In this document: piece after piece, positions 12,399 to 26,606 of the stretch
How the letters are laid out: each line of letters begins with the position of its first letter
Numbering within the stretch: position 1 is the first letter of the stretch
Assembly (NCBI RefSeq): GCF_001194135.2
Contig: NC_068983.1
Span: 3,987,480-4,051,479 of the forward strand
DNA length: 64,000 nt
Origin: Octopus bimaculoides
Lineage: Eukaryota
Direction: 5' to 3'
Notes under the pieces: generated by a model
The model's input: the letters and a program-made list of their open reading frames with translations, nothing else
Databases searched by the model: none
What the model was told of the DNA's origin: nothing
Translations under genes and position numbers: made by a program

Positions 12399-12645
12399 CT
12401 ATTGAAACTTAGGAGGGGCATTTTGTCAGTAATAATAAACACACGCACTGGTTCGGTCCTTTGTTGTTATTGTTAGTTAATGGGTTGGCTTAACATATTG
12501 AGTTTGAAAAATTAGTAAAAAAAAACGGCTGATTGATAAATTGGTTAACGAGTAACTAACCCATTAACTAACAATAACAAGAAAGGATCGAGCCAATGCG
12601 TGTGTTTATTATTACTGGCATTATGCCCCTCCCAAGGTTCAATAG
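12399..12645. mobile_element. Fold-back MITE (arms about 95 bp, spacer about 60 bp)
   Basis: CTATTGAAACTTAGGAGGGGCATTTTGTCAGTAATAATAAACACACGCACTGG... is the reverse complement, with scattered mismatches, of ...CCAATGCGTGTGTTTATTATTACTGGCATTATGCCCCTCCCAAGGTTCAATAG. TA on the left flank only. Confidence 0.7.
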
Positions 12646-12717
12646 CATTTCTTTCAACACACGAATTCACATCAAGAATCTTGCAAACCAAATACAAATA
12701 CGAACTATCTATCTATC

Positions 12718-12751
<34 letters not shown>

Positions 12752-12904
12752 NNNNNNNNNNNNNNNNNNNNNNNNNNNNNNNNNNNNNNNNNNNNNNNNN
12801 NNNNNNNNNNNNNNNNNNNNNNNNNNNNNNNNNNNNNNNNNNNNNNNNNNNNNNNNNNNNNNNNNNNNNNNNNNNNNNNNNNNNNNNNNNNNNNNNNNNN
12901 NNTG

Positions 12905-13490
12905 ATATGTTAAGGAGCTATAACTCATGTGTCAACATGATGAAATGGCGAAGCAGCTGCAGAGGAAACTGAAAAGTGGGTGTTTGAGAGAATCAAGATA
13001 TGGTATAAGCCCAAACCGCAGAGAGTGGTGGAGTCAGGGACCTGCAAAATCCTGCGTGATTTCCCAATCCAAACATCCCACACACAACAAGCCGAACCCA
13101 ATGGCAGTGGACAGGATCAACCACATGTGCTCTATAATTGATGTTGCGTACGTCCTTGACTCACGAACACGAATAGCTACGAAGACAGGCGAGAAAACAG
13201 ATGTATGCAATCCTCCTAAATACGAAAGAGTTCGCCTGTAGAAAATGAAGAAAGTGAAGATGGTGTCACGTTATTGTTGGGTCCGTGGGGGACAGTATGA
13301 GAAGGCATCAAGGGGAAGACAAAGGAAATGGGGATAGAGTTGCTGGTAGATCTGTTGCAAAAAGTTTGCCTCCTTGACACGGCCGGTAATAATCAGGAAG
13401 GTATTAGATAGTTGAAGAGAACGGATAACATGGTACCGTAGGCTGCAAGAGGTAAGCTCGGTACTCATGGAAGACTCCAGGGGTTCCAAT
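12905..13490 (+). mobile_element. Degenerate restriction-like endonuclease (REL) C-terminus of an R2/R4/NeSL-group non-LTR retrotransposon
   Basis: Frameshifted KPQRVVESGTCKILRDFPIQT / HNKPNPMAVDRINHMCSIIDVA...RIATKTGEK...MKKVK follows the REL pattern KILWDFxIQTD-HNxPD-IDVAxP-KExEK. Confidence 0.7.
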
Positions 13491-13756
13491 AAAACCAGAG
13501 TTAAAAGAATGATGATACTACTACTACTACTACTACATATAATAATCCAGAATGATGATACTACTATTATTATTACTACTACTACTACTACTACTTATAA
13601 TAATCCTTTTGTACAATTGACACAAGGCCTGAAGTTTTACGAGGACGGGTTAAGCCAATTACAAGGATCTCGGCGGAATTTGAACTCAGAACGCGAAGAC
13701 GGACGAAATGCTTAGCACTTCGCCCAGCGTACTAACGATTCTGCCTGCTCGAGGCC

Positions 13757-13788
<32 letters not shown>

Positions 13789-13985
13789 AATAATAACCCT
13801 TTCTACTTTAGGCACAAGGCCTGAAATTTAATAGTTGGGGGCGGCGACTAGTCGATTACATCGACCCCAGGTACTTAATTTATCGGTCTTGAAAGGGTGA
13901 AAGGTAAAGTCGACATCAGCGGAATTTGAACTCAGAACGTAGCGACAGGTGAAATACCGCTAAGCGCTTCTGCCAGCTCGCCGAC

Positions 13986-14043
<58 letters not shown>

Positions 14044-14359
14044 CAACAACAACAACAACAACAGCATACACGTTGTTAATTAACTATAAACAGTTCATCT
14101 TGCGGAAGTGTGGGGTCGTCAGAGTCGATCGTCGAGCACTGGCAATAACTTCTGCTAATTCTTTGCCAGGGCTTTCTTTAATTACTGTTTGGAATATGAA
14201 GACCAATGTGAGTGAGGGGCGTCAGTCGTCTTAACCAATCAGATCCGAAATAAATGCATCAATTGCCATAATGAATATAATACGATAGAAGACAACTGCC
14301 ATATTGACTCTACGATTTTTGTGTTTGTTAGTGTGTGGGTGTGTATCTATGTATAAACA

Positions 14360-14393
<34 letters not shown>

Positions 14394-14914
14394 CACATAT
14401 ATATATAGTTTGTATGTGTGTGTGTGTGTGTGTGTTTATATATATATTCATCTATGTATATGTACATATATATGTGTTTGTATATGTATATTTGTTTGTA
14501 TGTATGTATGTATGTATGTATGTATATATGTATGTATGTTACACATGTTCGTGTCTGTGTGTGTTGCTGTACATACATACATACATACATTGATACATAC
14601 ACACATAGAACTTGATTAAACGGCGATATATCTCTTTAAAGTATGCAATTTATTTTTACGGCGCTCCTCTTCAGGAAATGCCATCAGGTTTTAGCAAGCT
14701 CAGTCTCCATTTCATTATTTCGTGCCGACTAGGAATTTGTCTGTGCTGCCATGTTAGAAAAATGCCTAATCTTGGAATTACAGACTGGGCAGGAAATGGT
14801 GCATAATATTGGCAATAATGGAGACACTAGGTCTATGGATAAACGGTGAAATAAGAGTTGATTTTTACTTGAACCTGCCACCCCACCCAGCACCACAATG
14901 GCTGGGTACATATT

Positions 14915-14945
<31 letters not shown>

Positions 14946-15964
14946 TTATTTTATTTTTGCTGTATTCTTTCATTTCTCTCGCAATCTTTTTTTGTATTTT
15001 GTTACATTTTGCCTTCAGTGTTTTTTTTTTCCTAGTTTCCAGATCAGGTAAACTGTACTGTAAAGATAACTCACAACAATAGTAATAACAACAACAACAA
15101 TAACCACGACAAAATATGTTGTTTTTCTTATCATTGCTATTATTATTATTATTATTAAATACAGGTCTGATGCCAGCACAGAACACGTGGTCAATGAGTA
15201 GGGTGGGGATGGCGATGATGGTGGAAGAAGAGGGTAAACGGAGCCAATAATAGCCAGTTGGCACCTGTTGGCGACGACCGGCTCACACTGTTTAACGACG
15301 TATAGAGGTTGTCTTGTGGCCTGTATGAAAGAAATCAAAGTACTTGTGAACCGGTTGTTCTTTACAAAGTCGTCGTCGTCGCCGTACTTTCGTAAATAAC
15401 CAACATGTACAATACTATCTTAGCTGTATTTAACTGTGTATTTATGAAAATATACGGTGTATAACTTTATTAAACATATATCGAGGAGTGAAATCAGCCA
15501 TAGAAAAGTTTATAATATACTGAGGTTAAAAAATTCTATTTCTCTTCTTAATAAACATCCAGTTTTAGCCTCGTTCTGAAAAGTGGTTACAGCAGAAGCT
15601 CTGTTACAGGAGCAGACGTGGTTGCGGGCTGAAGAAGGTTGCTTCCTCACCACATGGTTTCCGGTTCAGTCTCACCGAGTGGGCAGATGTATTCCACTAT
15701 AGTTCCGGGCTAACTAAAAGCCACGTGAGAGGAATTACTAAACGGATACTTGAAAAGAAGTCCGTTATATATATGTGGGTGTATATAATTTTCGCTTTAT
15801 TGGTTTTATAAAGCGGAAAGGTTAATTTTCGGTGTCTCATAAAGGATCTGGACAATATCCAAGGTCCAGTTGTTGGGGTAAGATTTCAACTGGTCGACCA
15901 GCAACGGAGGAAGAATGTGTCCAGTGTATGTATGTATGTATGTACGTATGTATGTATGTATATA

Positions 15965-16000
<36 letters not shown>

Positions 16001-16007
16001 TGTATGT

Positions 16008-16121
16008 CACAATTCAGTTTATTTCAAAATTTCTCGCCAATAGAGAAAGAACCGGTTTCTAACCTAGATCCAAGGTTTCTTCACTGGAATTTCAACATCA
16101 ACAACAGGGTATTTCTGTGTG

Positions 16122-16153
<32 letters not shown>

Positions 16154-16395
16154 CGTCTAAGTATGCATGTATGTATATATGCAGATTTGTATGTTTTGTT
16201 TTATGTCTTCTCATGCATATAGTTGCATATCTAGATATGCTCATATATATTTAAATGACAAACTTCTGGAAAGTTTTACAGATTTTTACAGTTCCAGTGA
16301 AGGACTGGATCTGTAGTCTTCGAATTAGCTTTCTCCTTTCTGGTTTTGAGAAGCCTAATTTCTCAAGATTGGTATTTAGGCAGTGAGTCACATAT
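16008..16395 (-). mobile_element. 3' end of a REL-type non-LTR retrotransposon, copy 2
   Basis: Encodes YVTHCLNTNLEKLGFSKPERRKLIRRLQIQSFTGTVKICKTFQKFVI*, typical of the end of REL ORFs, followed by a 3' UTR and a microsatellite tail. Confidence 0.65.
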
Positions 16396-16405
16396 CTCAT
16401 ATATA

Positions 16406-16438
<33 letters not shown>

Positions 16439-16449
16439 ACTCAAGACAC

Positions 16450-16625
16450 ATAGCAACATTACGTCACAACTGGTCCAGCTGTCTTTAATACCATACCAAA
16501 ATACGTCAAAACGGAAATGGATCCCATAAAATTCAAAACTTCTCTGGACAAATTTCTCCAAAAAATCTCGGACCAACCTCCTACACCCGGACAATAATAA
16601 CTCTTTGCTAGAGTGGGCCATGGTG
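16450..16625 (+). mobile_element. CR1/L2-group LINE 3' fragment
   Basis: Reads [48 protein letters not shown], matching the GPxLFNxLP-FKxxLDxFL-DQP-NSL ending of this group. Confidence 0.7.
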
Positions 16626-16949
16626 CCCCATATATGACATACATATATATGTATGCATGTATATATATATATATATATGTATATGTTTGTGTGTCTGTGT
16701 TTGTCCCCCACCATCGCTTGAGAACCGATGCTGGTGTGTTTACGTCCTTGTAACTTAGCGATTCGGAAAAAGCGACCAATAGAATAAGTACTACAAAGGC
16801 TTACAAAGAATAAGTCCTGGGGTTGATTTGTTCGATTAAAGGCGGTGCTCCAGCATGGCCGCAGTCTAATGACTGAAACAGATAAAATAATATATANNNN
16901 NNNNNNCGGTGCTCCAGCATGGCCGCAGTCTAATGACTGAAACAGATAA

Positions 16950-16985
<36 letters not shown>

Positions 16986-17059
16986 GGTGTGTAACTTACG
17001 ATGTTAATGAAATCGTTTTATCGTATACTGTCCATTTTTGTCCTCAATACCAGCGGCAT

Positions 17060-17118
17060 AAATGGTCAAAGCTTACAAACGTCCTACACCTGGATCCCCG
17101 GATCATTCTTACTCAAAA

Positions 17119-17161
<43 letters not shown>

Positions 17162-17500
17162 GTTGCGCGCGCGTTCGTAAATAACTGTTCAGGCAACATC
17201 GATTTGATGGAAGGAGTGAGTCAGTGTGCAAATCATACATTTTATCACTATAAACGAATCATATCTAGAGGTTGCTCAGCAAGGAAATGCAGAACCGTTT
17301 TTCTCGGACTACGAGAGACAACCGTTACCATCATACATAAAGCACAAGGACAGACCATGCAGAATGATCGAATCCATCTTGAGAAACCAATATTCCAGCA
17401 TTGCCAGAGTTATGTGGCTTTTAGCCGGGGAATAAGGAATGAAAATGCTTCAGTAGTCTTGAAGAGGGGCAAGTTTACCAAAAATGTTGTCATAAAAAGT
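17060..17500 (+). mobile_element. Degenerate Helitron Pif1-like helicase C-terminal fragment
   Basis: [35 protein letters not shown]...FTKNVV matches the Helitron motif TINKSQGQT-L-P-F-HGQLYVA-SR-TKNVV. An upstream PRIILT motif is interrupted by (GT)n. Confidence 0.75.
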
Positions 17501-17701
17501 AATCTGAATGCTAAAGGGTTAAGCATCCAAGAGACACAGTTGTCTTTTCTCTTTAATACAGAAAGCATTATCAAAATTCACAAATTAGATTATGAGCGCG
17601 CGCACACACACACATACCTTCATAAGTACCAAGAATCCCATCAACAAACCGATAAACAATTCAGTACACTATTCATCAAGCAACGCCGGGTAACAACTCT
17701 C

Positions 17702-17736
<35 letters not shown>

Positions 17737-17807
17737 TATATATATATATGTACGTATGCATATATGTATATACATTATATATATACATTATATATATATA
17801 TGTGTGC

Positions 17808-17867
<60 letters not shown>

Positions 17868-17954
17868 CATATATATATGTATGTATGCATATATGTATAT
17901 ACATATATATATATATGCGTGTGTGCATGTATATATATATAGATTTGTGTATAT

Positions 17955-18001
<47 letters not shown>

Positions 18002-19529
18002 CATACATACACACATGCATATATATCTATATCTCTATCTATCTAGCTATCTATCTATATATACACACACTGCTATTATACTGGTTTGTTAAACCCCAAA
18101 TGTCGTGTCCAATAGGCGTGCTTTTCTTCTTTTTTCTTTTTTTACTTCGCTGCTACTTTTAATGAAAGAGATGTCATTGAAATCGTAGAGGGTGGAGAAA
18201 ACAACAACAACAACGCAACATGGAAAAACATATACATATAAACAGTGTATGGGTACATGGCGTACAGGGTACCTGATTAATGGGTTTAACCCCTTAATCT
18301 ACAGCCACCTTCTTTCCACTGGGTGTAATCCCCTTCACGATCCTGTTATATAATATGGCGCCTTTCTCGATGCAACAAGTCAAATTGCATTCGCTGGCAG
18401 TGGGTATCTTGAAGTAAATTACTTTAGGTGGCAGTTCCTTTCTGACCCCTGCTTCATGTTTAACCCTTACCACCGCCACCACCACTACCACTACCACCAC
18501 CACCACAATCATAATTATTATCATCAATCTCTTTCTTTAATTGAAAAACAAAAAAGAAAAAAACCAAAATTTATCATAAAACAACTCAAAAAGTTATCAC
18601 TATAAATCGGACCAGCTACTGGTTATCTGAAATGGGGCGGCCATTGCATTCAATCGGTTAGTTTCTACTACTACTACTACCACTACTGCTGCTGCTGCTG
18701 CTCCATTTTGTGCAATTGTAATATGAAGACCATCATATAGTGTCTGTTTTTTTTTTCGCCAACAACGTTTTTAAGAGCTGTAATGTAAAAACTAATCCTG
18801 GTAGAGTTTGAACACCGATGTCTGGGGAACCGTGAGGCAGCTTCTCGTTACTCATGTAGTGTGTGGAAGATCTGTAAAGTACGAGGGTGGCAGTGCACTA
18901 TGTCTTCAGTAGGGGCGGGGTTGCCCAACTTGGCTAGTATTGGACGTAGGAAGGACATTATGGCAATGGCAGATGAACTGGCGAGGGAAGCAGAAAAATA
19001 CATCACCGTGGACATGGCTCGGATATGTGACAAGCAAGACAGAGAGAGGACAAACCACGGAATGGTTGCGTTGGAATGGTTACATTTGTATTTAGTTTGG
19101 CGTGGAGAGTGTATGCATGGCGGAGGAATAGCATCGGTGCTATTCGGCTTCTCTGCAAGAAGCGGTTCTGTTGGAAGGTGTCGAAACCACTATGATCTCC
19201 AATCAGGAGCTGAGGAAAAGGATGTCGCCATGTGTAAGCTTACTAGCAGCAGCAGCAGCAACAACAAAAGCAACAGTTATTTTGTGCTCTTCAGCAAATA
19301 TTTTTTTTATAATCGATGCCAATCAAGCGAACAGCGGGCTCCCCTTGGTTGGTTATTCATACGCTTATTACCTACAGCAGCAGCAGCAGAACTCCTCAAC
19401 CTACATAAATATACTGTGTTCAAGTAAAGTACGGTTAGAAGTGACGGGGGTAGTAGTGAGAGTTGAGATTAACTTGGTAGTGGCGGTGGAGCTGGTGGGA
19501 ACGGATAGTGTATGCAGTATCACTATGCT

Positions 19530-19571
<42 letters not shown>

Positions 19572-22146
19572 GAAAAACATAACGTTGAAGAAACGAAATA
19601 GTAGTAGTAGCAGCGGTGGTGATGGTGGTTGTGGATTTTAAAAGGAGTCAGCCATGCATTTATTTAAGACATCAACAGACATTAAATAAAGGAAAGCGTC
19701 GCTGCATTCAATAAACCCAGGTTTGTAGTTTAACGGTCTCCAATAATGTCGTATTTATAACGTTTAATTTATTCTAAACTCGACTACGAAATATCACACA
19801 CACGAGAAACTGCTTCTGTGACGCCTTCTTTTTTTCTTTTATCTCCTTATATATGTTCACAAAAGCACGGTTGTGTAAGCTCGCTTTTCAGGTTCAGTCC
19901 CGCTACGCGGCACCTTGGACAAGTGTCTTCTATTATAGACCCGGGATGACGGCGATTTGTGAATCACCATTTGTTAGAATTAAATTGCACGGAAGCCTAC
20001 CGTTAATGATTTTTTTCGCGTTTATTAAGCTCTTTACAAAATCGCTTGGTTCCAAATGCGAACAGGTGTGTATTATATATGTATATGTGTATAAATGTAT
20101 AAATATATGTGTATATATATAAATATATATATATGTATGTATATATATATATGTATGTATATATAAATATATCTATATAAATATACATGTACGTATGTAT
20201 GTATATACATACATACATATATATATGTATGCATGTATGTATATATAAATATAAATATACATATATATATTTATATATATGTATATATATGTTTATATAT
20301 ATGTATATATGTATATGTATATATATGTTTGTGTGTGTGTATATATATATATATATATTTGTGTGTCTGTGTTAATCGCCCTACAACCGATGTTGGTGTG
20401 TTTACGTCCTCGGAGCCTAAAAGTTCGGCAAAAGAGACCAATAGAATAAGTACTAGGTTTACAAAGAACAAGTCCTGGGGTCGATTTGTTCGACGAAAAG
20501 GCGGTGCTCCAGCATGGTCGCCGTCAAATGACTGAAACAAGTAAAAGAATAAAAGAATACACACACACACACACATATGATACGACAGGCTTCTTTCAGT
20601 TTCCGTTTATGAAATCCACTCACAAATCTTTGATCGGCTCAAGCTATTGTAGAAGACACTTGCCCAAGGTGTAACACAGTGGGACTGAACCCGGAACCAT
20701 GTGGTTGGGAGGCAAATTTCTAACTACACAGCCACGCCTGACCAAGAAATCAAATAAATTACTCTAATATAGAAATCAGGATATTTTCTATAAAACCATC
20801 AAAAGGAATATAATTTCTTCCACAGCCCCTACTCCAATCAAAATTCTTTCCTGAGGACCAGATATTGTTCCCCCGAGGGGCCAAGTCCTTCACGCCTGAG
20901 TAACACCGAACCGACTCATAAACACTGTCACCTTTTCTCCATTTATTACCCAGTGTCACGTGAAAGTGTAGTATTCACTACATTTCTCTCACACACACTT
21001 CATACCATTCAACAAAGTTCACTCGTTTATTAAACATTTTTTCATTCAAAATTCTTGATTCACGAACAAACTATAAGTATTTGCTATTCACAAGCCTACA
21101 GCAGCTGCGGTCTGCATATTCGCTATACATCCATACACACATTACATATACATCTATTATACACTACGTGTGTATAGATGTATACACACATACATACATA
21201 TGTACTATTTACTATGGTCATATAAATGTATATATATACACACACACACACACACATATATACACATAAACACCGCCCACACAATATACATACATACTTG
21301 AAACCATGCGTACATATGTTTGTGTTAAGGTGTGTGGCTTAGTGGTTAGGGCATTCGGCTCACAATCGTCAGGTCGTGAGTTCGATTCATGGTGACGCGT
21401 TGTGTCCTTGAGCAAGACACTTTATTTCACTTTGCTCCAGTCCACTCAGCTGGTAAAAACGAGTTGTACCTGTAATACGAAAGGGCCAACCATGTCACAT
21501 TCTGTGTCACGCTGAGAACTACATTAAGGATGCTTGCGTCTGTGGAATACTCAGCCATTTACACGTTTATTTCCACAAATAGGCTTTTCTGTTGATCGGA
21601 TCAGTTGGAACCCTCATCGTCGTAATCGACGGAGGGCCAATTGTGTGTGTTTGTGCGTGTAAAAGTGTAGGTGTGTGTATCCGTAATAGTGTGTGAACTT
21701 GTACGTGATTGTGTGTGTATGAGTATGTGAATACTCTTTGTTGGTTTCAGCCATGGGCAGACGGCCATGCTGGAGCAGAGCTTTCTAGAGTTTTTTAAAA
21801 ATCACAGCAGCCCCATTATTTACGTAATTCTTCGCATGTATTTATCGAACGATCGAATAACGTTTTCGACGCGCGCTCGATGGGATTTCCCAACATAGGT
21901 CCTCTCTATAAAGTTCTACTCACAAAGCATCAGTCATCATACGGCTACAGGAGACATCACTGGCCAAAGGTATTCGGCTGTAGGACAAAATCTAGAACCA
22001 CGTGATTGCTTGAGCATAAGCTGAACAGAAAAGCAACGCATCCATCATGTGTTAATATATTTTCTTAACAATATCTTTGACAAATCTCAGCCATGAAGCA
22101 ACATTAAGTCATTCTTAGATTTGGCACTTACTCCGCAGAGCTAGAA

Positions 22147-22157
22147 CAGGAGAGAGA

Positions 22158-22252
<95 letters not shown>
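22147..22252. repeat. (GA)n microsatellite
   Basis: Directly visible. Confidence 0.95.
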
Positions 22253-22254
<2 letters not shown>

Positions 22255-22302
22255 GCGTTGTGCTTACTGCATCGACTCCTTTGAAGCCACCTTCAGGTAA
22301 GG

Positions 22303-22905
22303 CAGCGTTTCTCAACCAGGGTCCCTATAAGATTTTGTTGTATTCGTTTATTTGTTTCAGTCATTTGACTGCGGACATGCTGGGGCACCGCTTTTAGTCG
22401 AACAGATCGATCCCAGGACTTATTCTTTGTAAGCCTAGTGCTTATTCTATCGGATCTCCCTTTGCCGAACCGCTAAGTTACGGGGACTTAAACACACCAG
22501 CATCGGTTGTCAAGCGATGCTGGAGGGACAAACACAAACATATACACATACATATATACATATATACGACGGGCTTCTTTCAGTTTCCATCTACCAAATC
22601 CACTCACAAGGCTTTGGTCGGCCCGAGGCGATAGTAGAAGACACTTGCTCAAGATGTCACGCAGTGGGACTGAACCCGGAACCATGTGGTTGGTAAGCAA
22701 GCTACTTATCACACAGCCACTCCGTATGTGCAATAAATTGGTAATACAAAATATTTAACAATTGTTTTTGTACACAGTTCCTACTAATATTTAATTATAA
22801 AGATGTAATAGCAACATTTCATACACTGAATGGCTCTGAGCATCCATCCGAACAAAAAAAGAAATCAAAGAGGTTCACAGGCAAAACATGGTTGAAGAAC
22901 CACTG
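22303..22905. mobile_element. hAT (Charlie-like) MITE with a SINE nested inside
   Basis: Ends are CAGCGTTTCTCAACC and GGTTGAAGAACCACTG. Flanks AGGTAAGG and GTGTAAGG match 6/8 (decayed 8-bp TSD). A SINE occupies about 22345-22727. Confidence 0.6.
22345..22727 (-). mobile_element. SINE family A, near full-length
   Basis: Head, internal (TA/CA) tract and tail are all present. Confidence 0.85.
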
Positions 22906-24209
22906 GTGTAAGGCACGTTAGTTTAGTGCGAACTTTGACACGGTTGCCGTGGAGATTTATCCTCATTTTAACGTTCGTTTCCTCAGTCCAACATGGGTCA
23001 CATGAATATATTTCTGAAGCATTTTTTTTTAACTACCGGATACTCTTTCTGCCGCTAACCATTACCTGTTATTTATTTCTAAGTAAAGGTCGTTTTATTT
23101 CAAACGTCTTCGAAGGCGGGAAGCGATCGGATGATTTTTGTTGGTAGGAGATGCGATAATTGAGTACATTCGATGAAGATGCGTATAGAAGGAATTCATT
23201 TCAAAAATGCGGAACAAATTGATGAGGGGTGGGGTGGGGTAGTCCCTCAATCTTGTTGGATTAATAAAGGCAGAATGTTAAGAAGCCAGATTTTTTGTAG
23301 GGATTTCATGGAGAGACGTATTACAGTGGTTCTCTACATCTAGAAGAGGTCTTAAATATTTCCAAGCGATCAAAATATGTGTTTATAGTTCTCCCACTGT
23401 TTGCACTGCAAGCTCCAACTTAGAAACAGAAGTGGATTTGGTCGCTGAATGCTAAGAGTGACAAGACTGAGCGTAACTGATTGTGATAAGGTATGAAAGA
23501 CTGAGATCTCTGATAATTGTTTGTTAATTGTAAATCGTATCGAGGGTTTGTTGAGTATCAATAAGTGAGGGGAGTAGATATGAAAAGATTTTCTCTCACA
23601 AAATCCACAGCATCATGTTTTTCAAGGGTATATATGCATTAAGCATGGCACACAAATAGTTATTTCATCTTCTTATTGTTCTTACTCTAAAGTATATCAG
23701 CCTCTTTATGCCAGCAACATTGAACTATTTTTTCTGTTCTAAATCTGAGTTTCTTTAAATATCTCACAATGCCATTTCTATTGTTTGTGCGAGGGTTAAG
23801 CTTGTGAAGTTGCAAACCACCTCCACTATCACATTGCTAATTTTCTTCCCAACCCGGTCTTTGTCTCTGTGTCGTCTCGCTTCTCGAGACAACGTCTTTT
23901 ATCTGTATCATCAATGGTGTTTAAAAATAAAGAACTACGTCTCTTGAAGGAAACAGCAGTTCAGGCGAACTAACAGACTCCGATCTATGGAATATCATCA
24001 TCAGACCAGTTCAAATTACTACCAACTTACCATTTTAGTTAAACGAACTGACACAAAGAATTATTTATTGTTGAAACTCGATCCTAAAACCTGCTTATCA
24101 AGTGCTTCCCTGATGCAATAAGTTCTTTGACAAGATCAGAACAATAGTCATAACATTTCTACGATATCAACCGACTTCTGCAGTAGCCCCAGGGGAAAGA
24201 GAGAGAGAA

Positions 24210-24282
<73 letters not shown>

Positions 24283-25094
24283 GAGAGATAGAGAGTCTGG
24301 CATGAGAAACAACGAATCACTCTTCTATGATATGATGCTACCGCTGCCTGCGGCAGTGACTCGTACGCATTTATTGTCTCTATTTAATAAAGGTACATAA
24401 AATGAAAGCAAGTTGAGTTGGTTTTTGCCAGTGAAGCAGCGTCCTTCATTCTGTACCGACTATCGACAACTCATACAGGAGCGAGCGGCTTTTCCGTTGC
24501 TAAACCCAGATTTGTTCTGATTCAGCAGATCTTATAATCAAAGGTGTTCAATAGAAGAGCAGCAGATATTCCAAATCATGTCGTTTATGAAAAACCAAAA
24601 CGAAGCAAAACGAAAAAAAACCCCCAAAAAACAGCAGAAAACAACAAACAACAAAGGCGAAAAACAAAAGAAAAAAACGCGAAAACACGATAGCATTTGA
24701 TTTGGCGGCTGCTTTTTAGTAAGTGAAGCCCTCTAGATGGCTCAAAGGAATTTTTCCCTCATTCTCCGTCCATTGGGACGGCATGCGTTGGCCTGTTCAG
24801 TAGGATCCAATGGATTGGCCGGCCACACCTTGTTCTAATCTCTCAGTATGGCTTCTACGGTTGGATGCTCTTCCTAATACTAATTTACAAACAGGACACA
24901 GAGCATTGTTTTGTGGCACCAATACTACAGAATTTGCCTTGCATCGGGCAAGACTAAAGAGTCTTTTCGCGTGCGACTCAAATCTATATCTACTCCTAAC
25001 AGCTTCATCATAAAATTTTGTTTATAAGTGTAACAAAACGCTGACGTTTTCATATCAAGATTGCATGTTTATTTACTTTGAAATCATCATTTCA

Positions 25095-25265
25095 AAGTAA
25101 ATATGCGTGACACCGGTATCTGCCATGACTGCGATTTTGCTCAGCTTGATGGGTCTTCTTCTCAAGCACAACATAATGCCAAAGGTCTCGGTTATTGGCT
25201 CCATGAGGCCCAACACTTGGGAGGAACTCAGCCACTTTGCCTCCGTCAGGCCCAACGCTATTCTT
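25095..25265 (-). mobile_element. RTE-type LINE 3' terminus fragment
   Basis: Frameshifted LGLTEA / RDLWHYVVLEKKTHQAE pattern, like the RTE C-terminal DRxxWR motif, followed by a UTR-like tail. Confidence 0.45.
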
Positions 25266-26389
25266 TTATTCTTGACTTGTTCCAATCTCTAGACTGAGGC
25301 CATGTCGAGGCACCGCCCTGAAGAAATCCTAGTCAGATAAATCGAACCTAGCACTTTCTTTTAAGGTCTAGTATCTATCCTATCGATCTCTTCAGCTGAA
25401 CTGTCAAATCACGGGGACGCAAACAAACCAACACCGGTCGTCAAGCAGTGGTAGGGGGACAAACACACACATGATAGGCCTCTTTCCGTTTCTGTCAATC
25501 AAATCCACTGACAAGGCTTCGATCAGCCCGGAGCTATAGTGGAAGACACTTGCCCAAGGCGCCTCGCAGTGGTTGGGAAGCGAACACCTTACCACTCAGC
25601 CACGCGTCTCTATAACATTGTATTTTTGGCAAGAAACCGGAGCAACGATAACGACAGTGAAATCCCAGGCAATTCGATCTTCACAAAAAAATCACTTCAC
25701 TCTACTTTCAGTTTAGAGTCACGCCGTCAGTAAATGCTCAGCCGTGACCCTTAGAAGTGCTTTGTGCAATCAACATTATGTCCAAACATATTCAGCGTAG
25801 CATTATTATCAGCTTGAAGCTGTACTCCAGAGTATTCATGAAAAAGAACTCAAAGGATAGTAATATACTGGTACTCCGTCAGTAACAACGATGATTTCTC
25901 CAGTTGATCCGATCAATGGAACGGCTTGCTCGTGAAATTAATGCGTAAGCGACAGGCAAGAGCGCCCTTAACGTGGTTCTCGGGGAGGTCCAGCTTGATA
26001 CAGAATGGGACAAGGCTGGTCCTTTGGATTACAGGTACAATTCACTTTTGCTGGCTGAGTAGACAGGAGCAACGTGAAATAAAGTGTCTTGCTCAAAGAC
26101 ACAACGCGCTGCCGAGAATCGAACTCACGCCCTTGAGTCGAACACCCCAACCACTAATCCACGCGCCTTCTGGAAAGTACCATATAGTGGATGAGAAGAT
26201 AAAATGAAGGAATGCAACGGTGTTTATCCATTTCTAGCTTTAAAAATAAAACAGATTTAATTAATCATGTTAATTAGTGTTTGAGAACACAACGTCTCCT
26301 CGTGGGTCAGCAGGAATATATCATCTCCGAACTAACAAGAGAAGAGTAAATATTCCAAGGCATTCTTTTACCATTCTTCTTAAGCTTAA

Positions 26390-26606
26390 CCCTTTAATAT
26401 TTAAACCGGTCGTATCCGGCGCAAATATTCAACCTGTTTCATGTCCAAACTGGCCCCAAACCTCTCAGACTTTCCCTGCAATGTCATTCTAAAAAACACC
26501 AATCATAACTTTGAAATAGCAAAGCAACAAGATAATACAGGATTAACTTTAAAAAATGTGAATAAACAGGTATTACATTTGACAAACTAATCTGGGTGCT
26601 AAGAGG
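26390..26606. mobile_element. piggyBac-like MITE
   Basis: TTAA|CCCTTTAATATTT ... GGTGCTAAGAGG|TTAA: TTAA on both sides and a degenerate CCCTT TIR. Confidence 0.65.

Noticed and set aside
16845-16960. 50-bp duplication around a 10-N gap
   Set aside because: Same gap-flanking artefact pattern.
18861-19427. 188-aa plus-strand ORF
   Set aside because: No recognisable domain and it runs into (CAG)n repeats; possibly old TE debris.
20760-20910. Minus-strand LRREG...GEQYLVLRK resembling CYP exon 2/3
   Set aside because: Motif spacing is wrong and an in-frame stop follows immediately.
21330-21410. tRNA-like sequences (A-box/B-box heads) at many positions
   Set aside because: They continue into SINE bodies and lack a complete cloverleaf, so they are SINE heads rather than tRNA genes.
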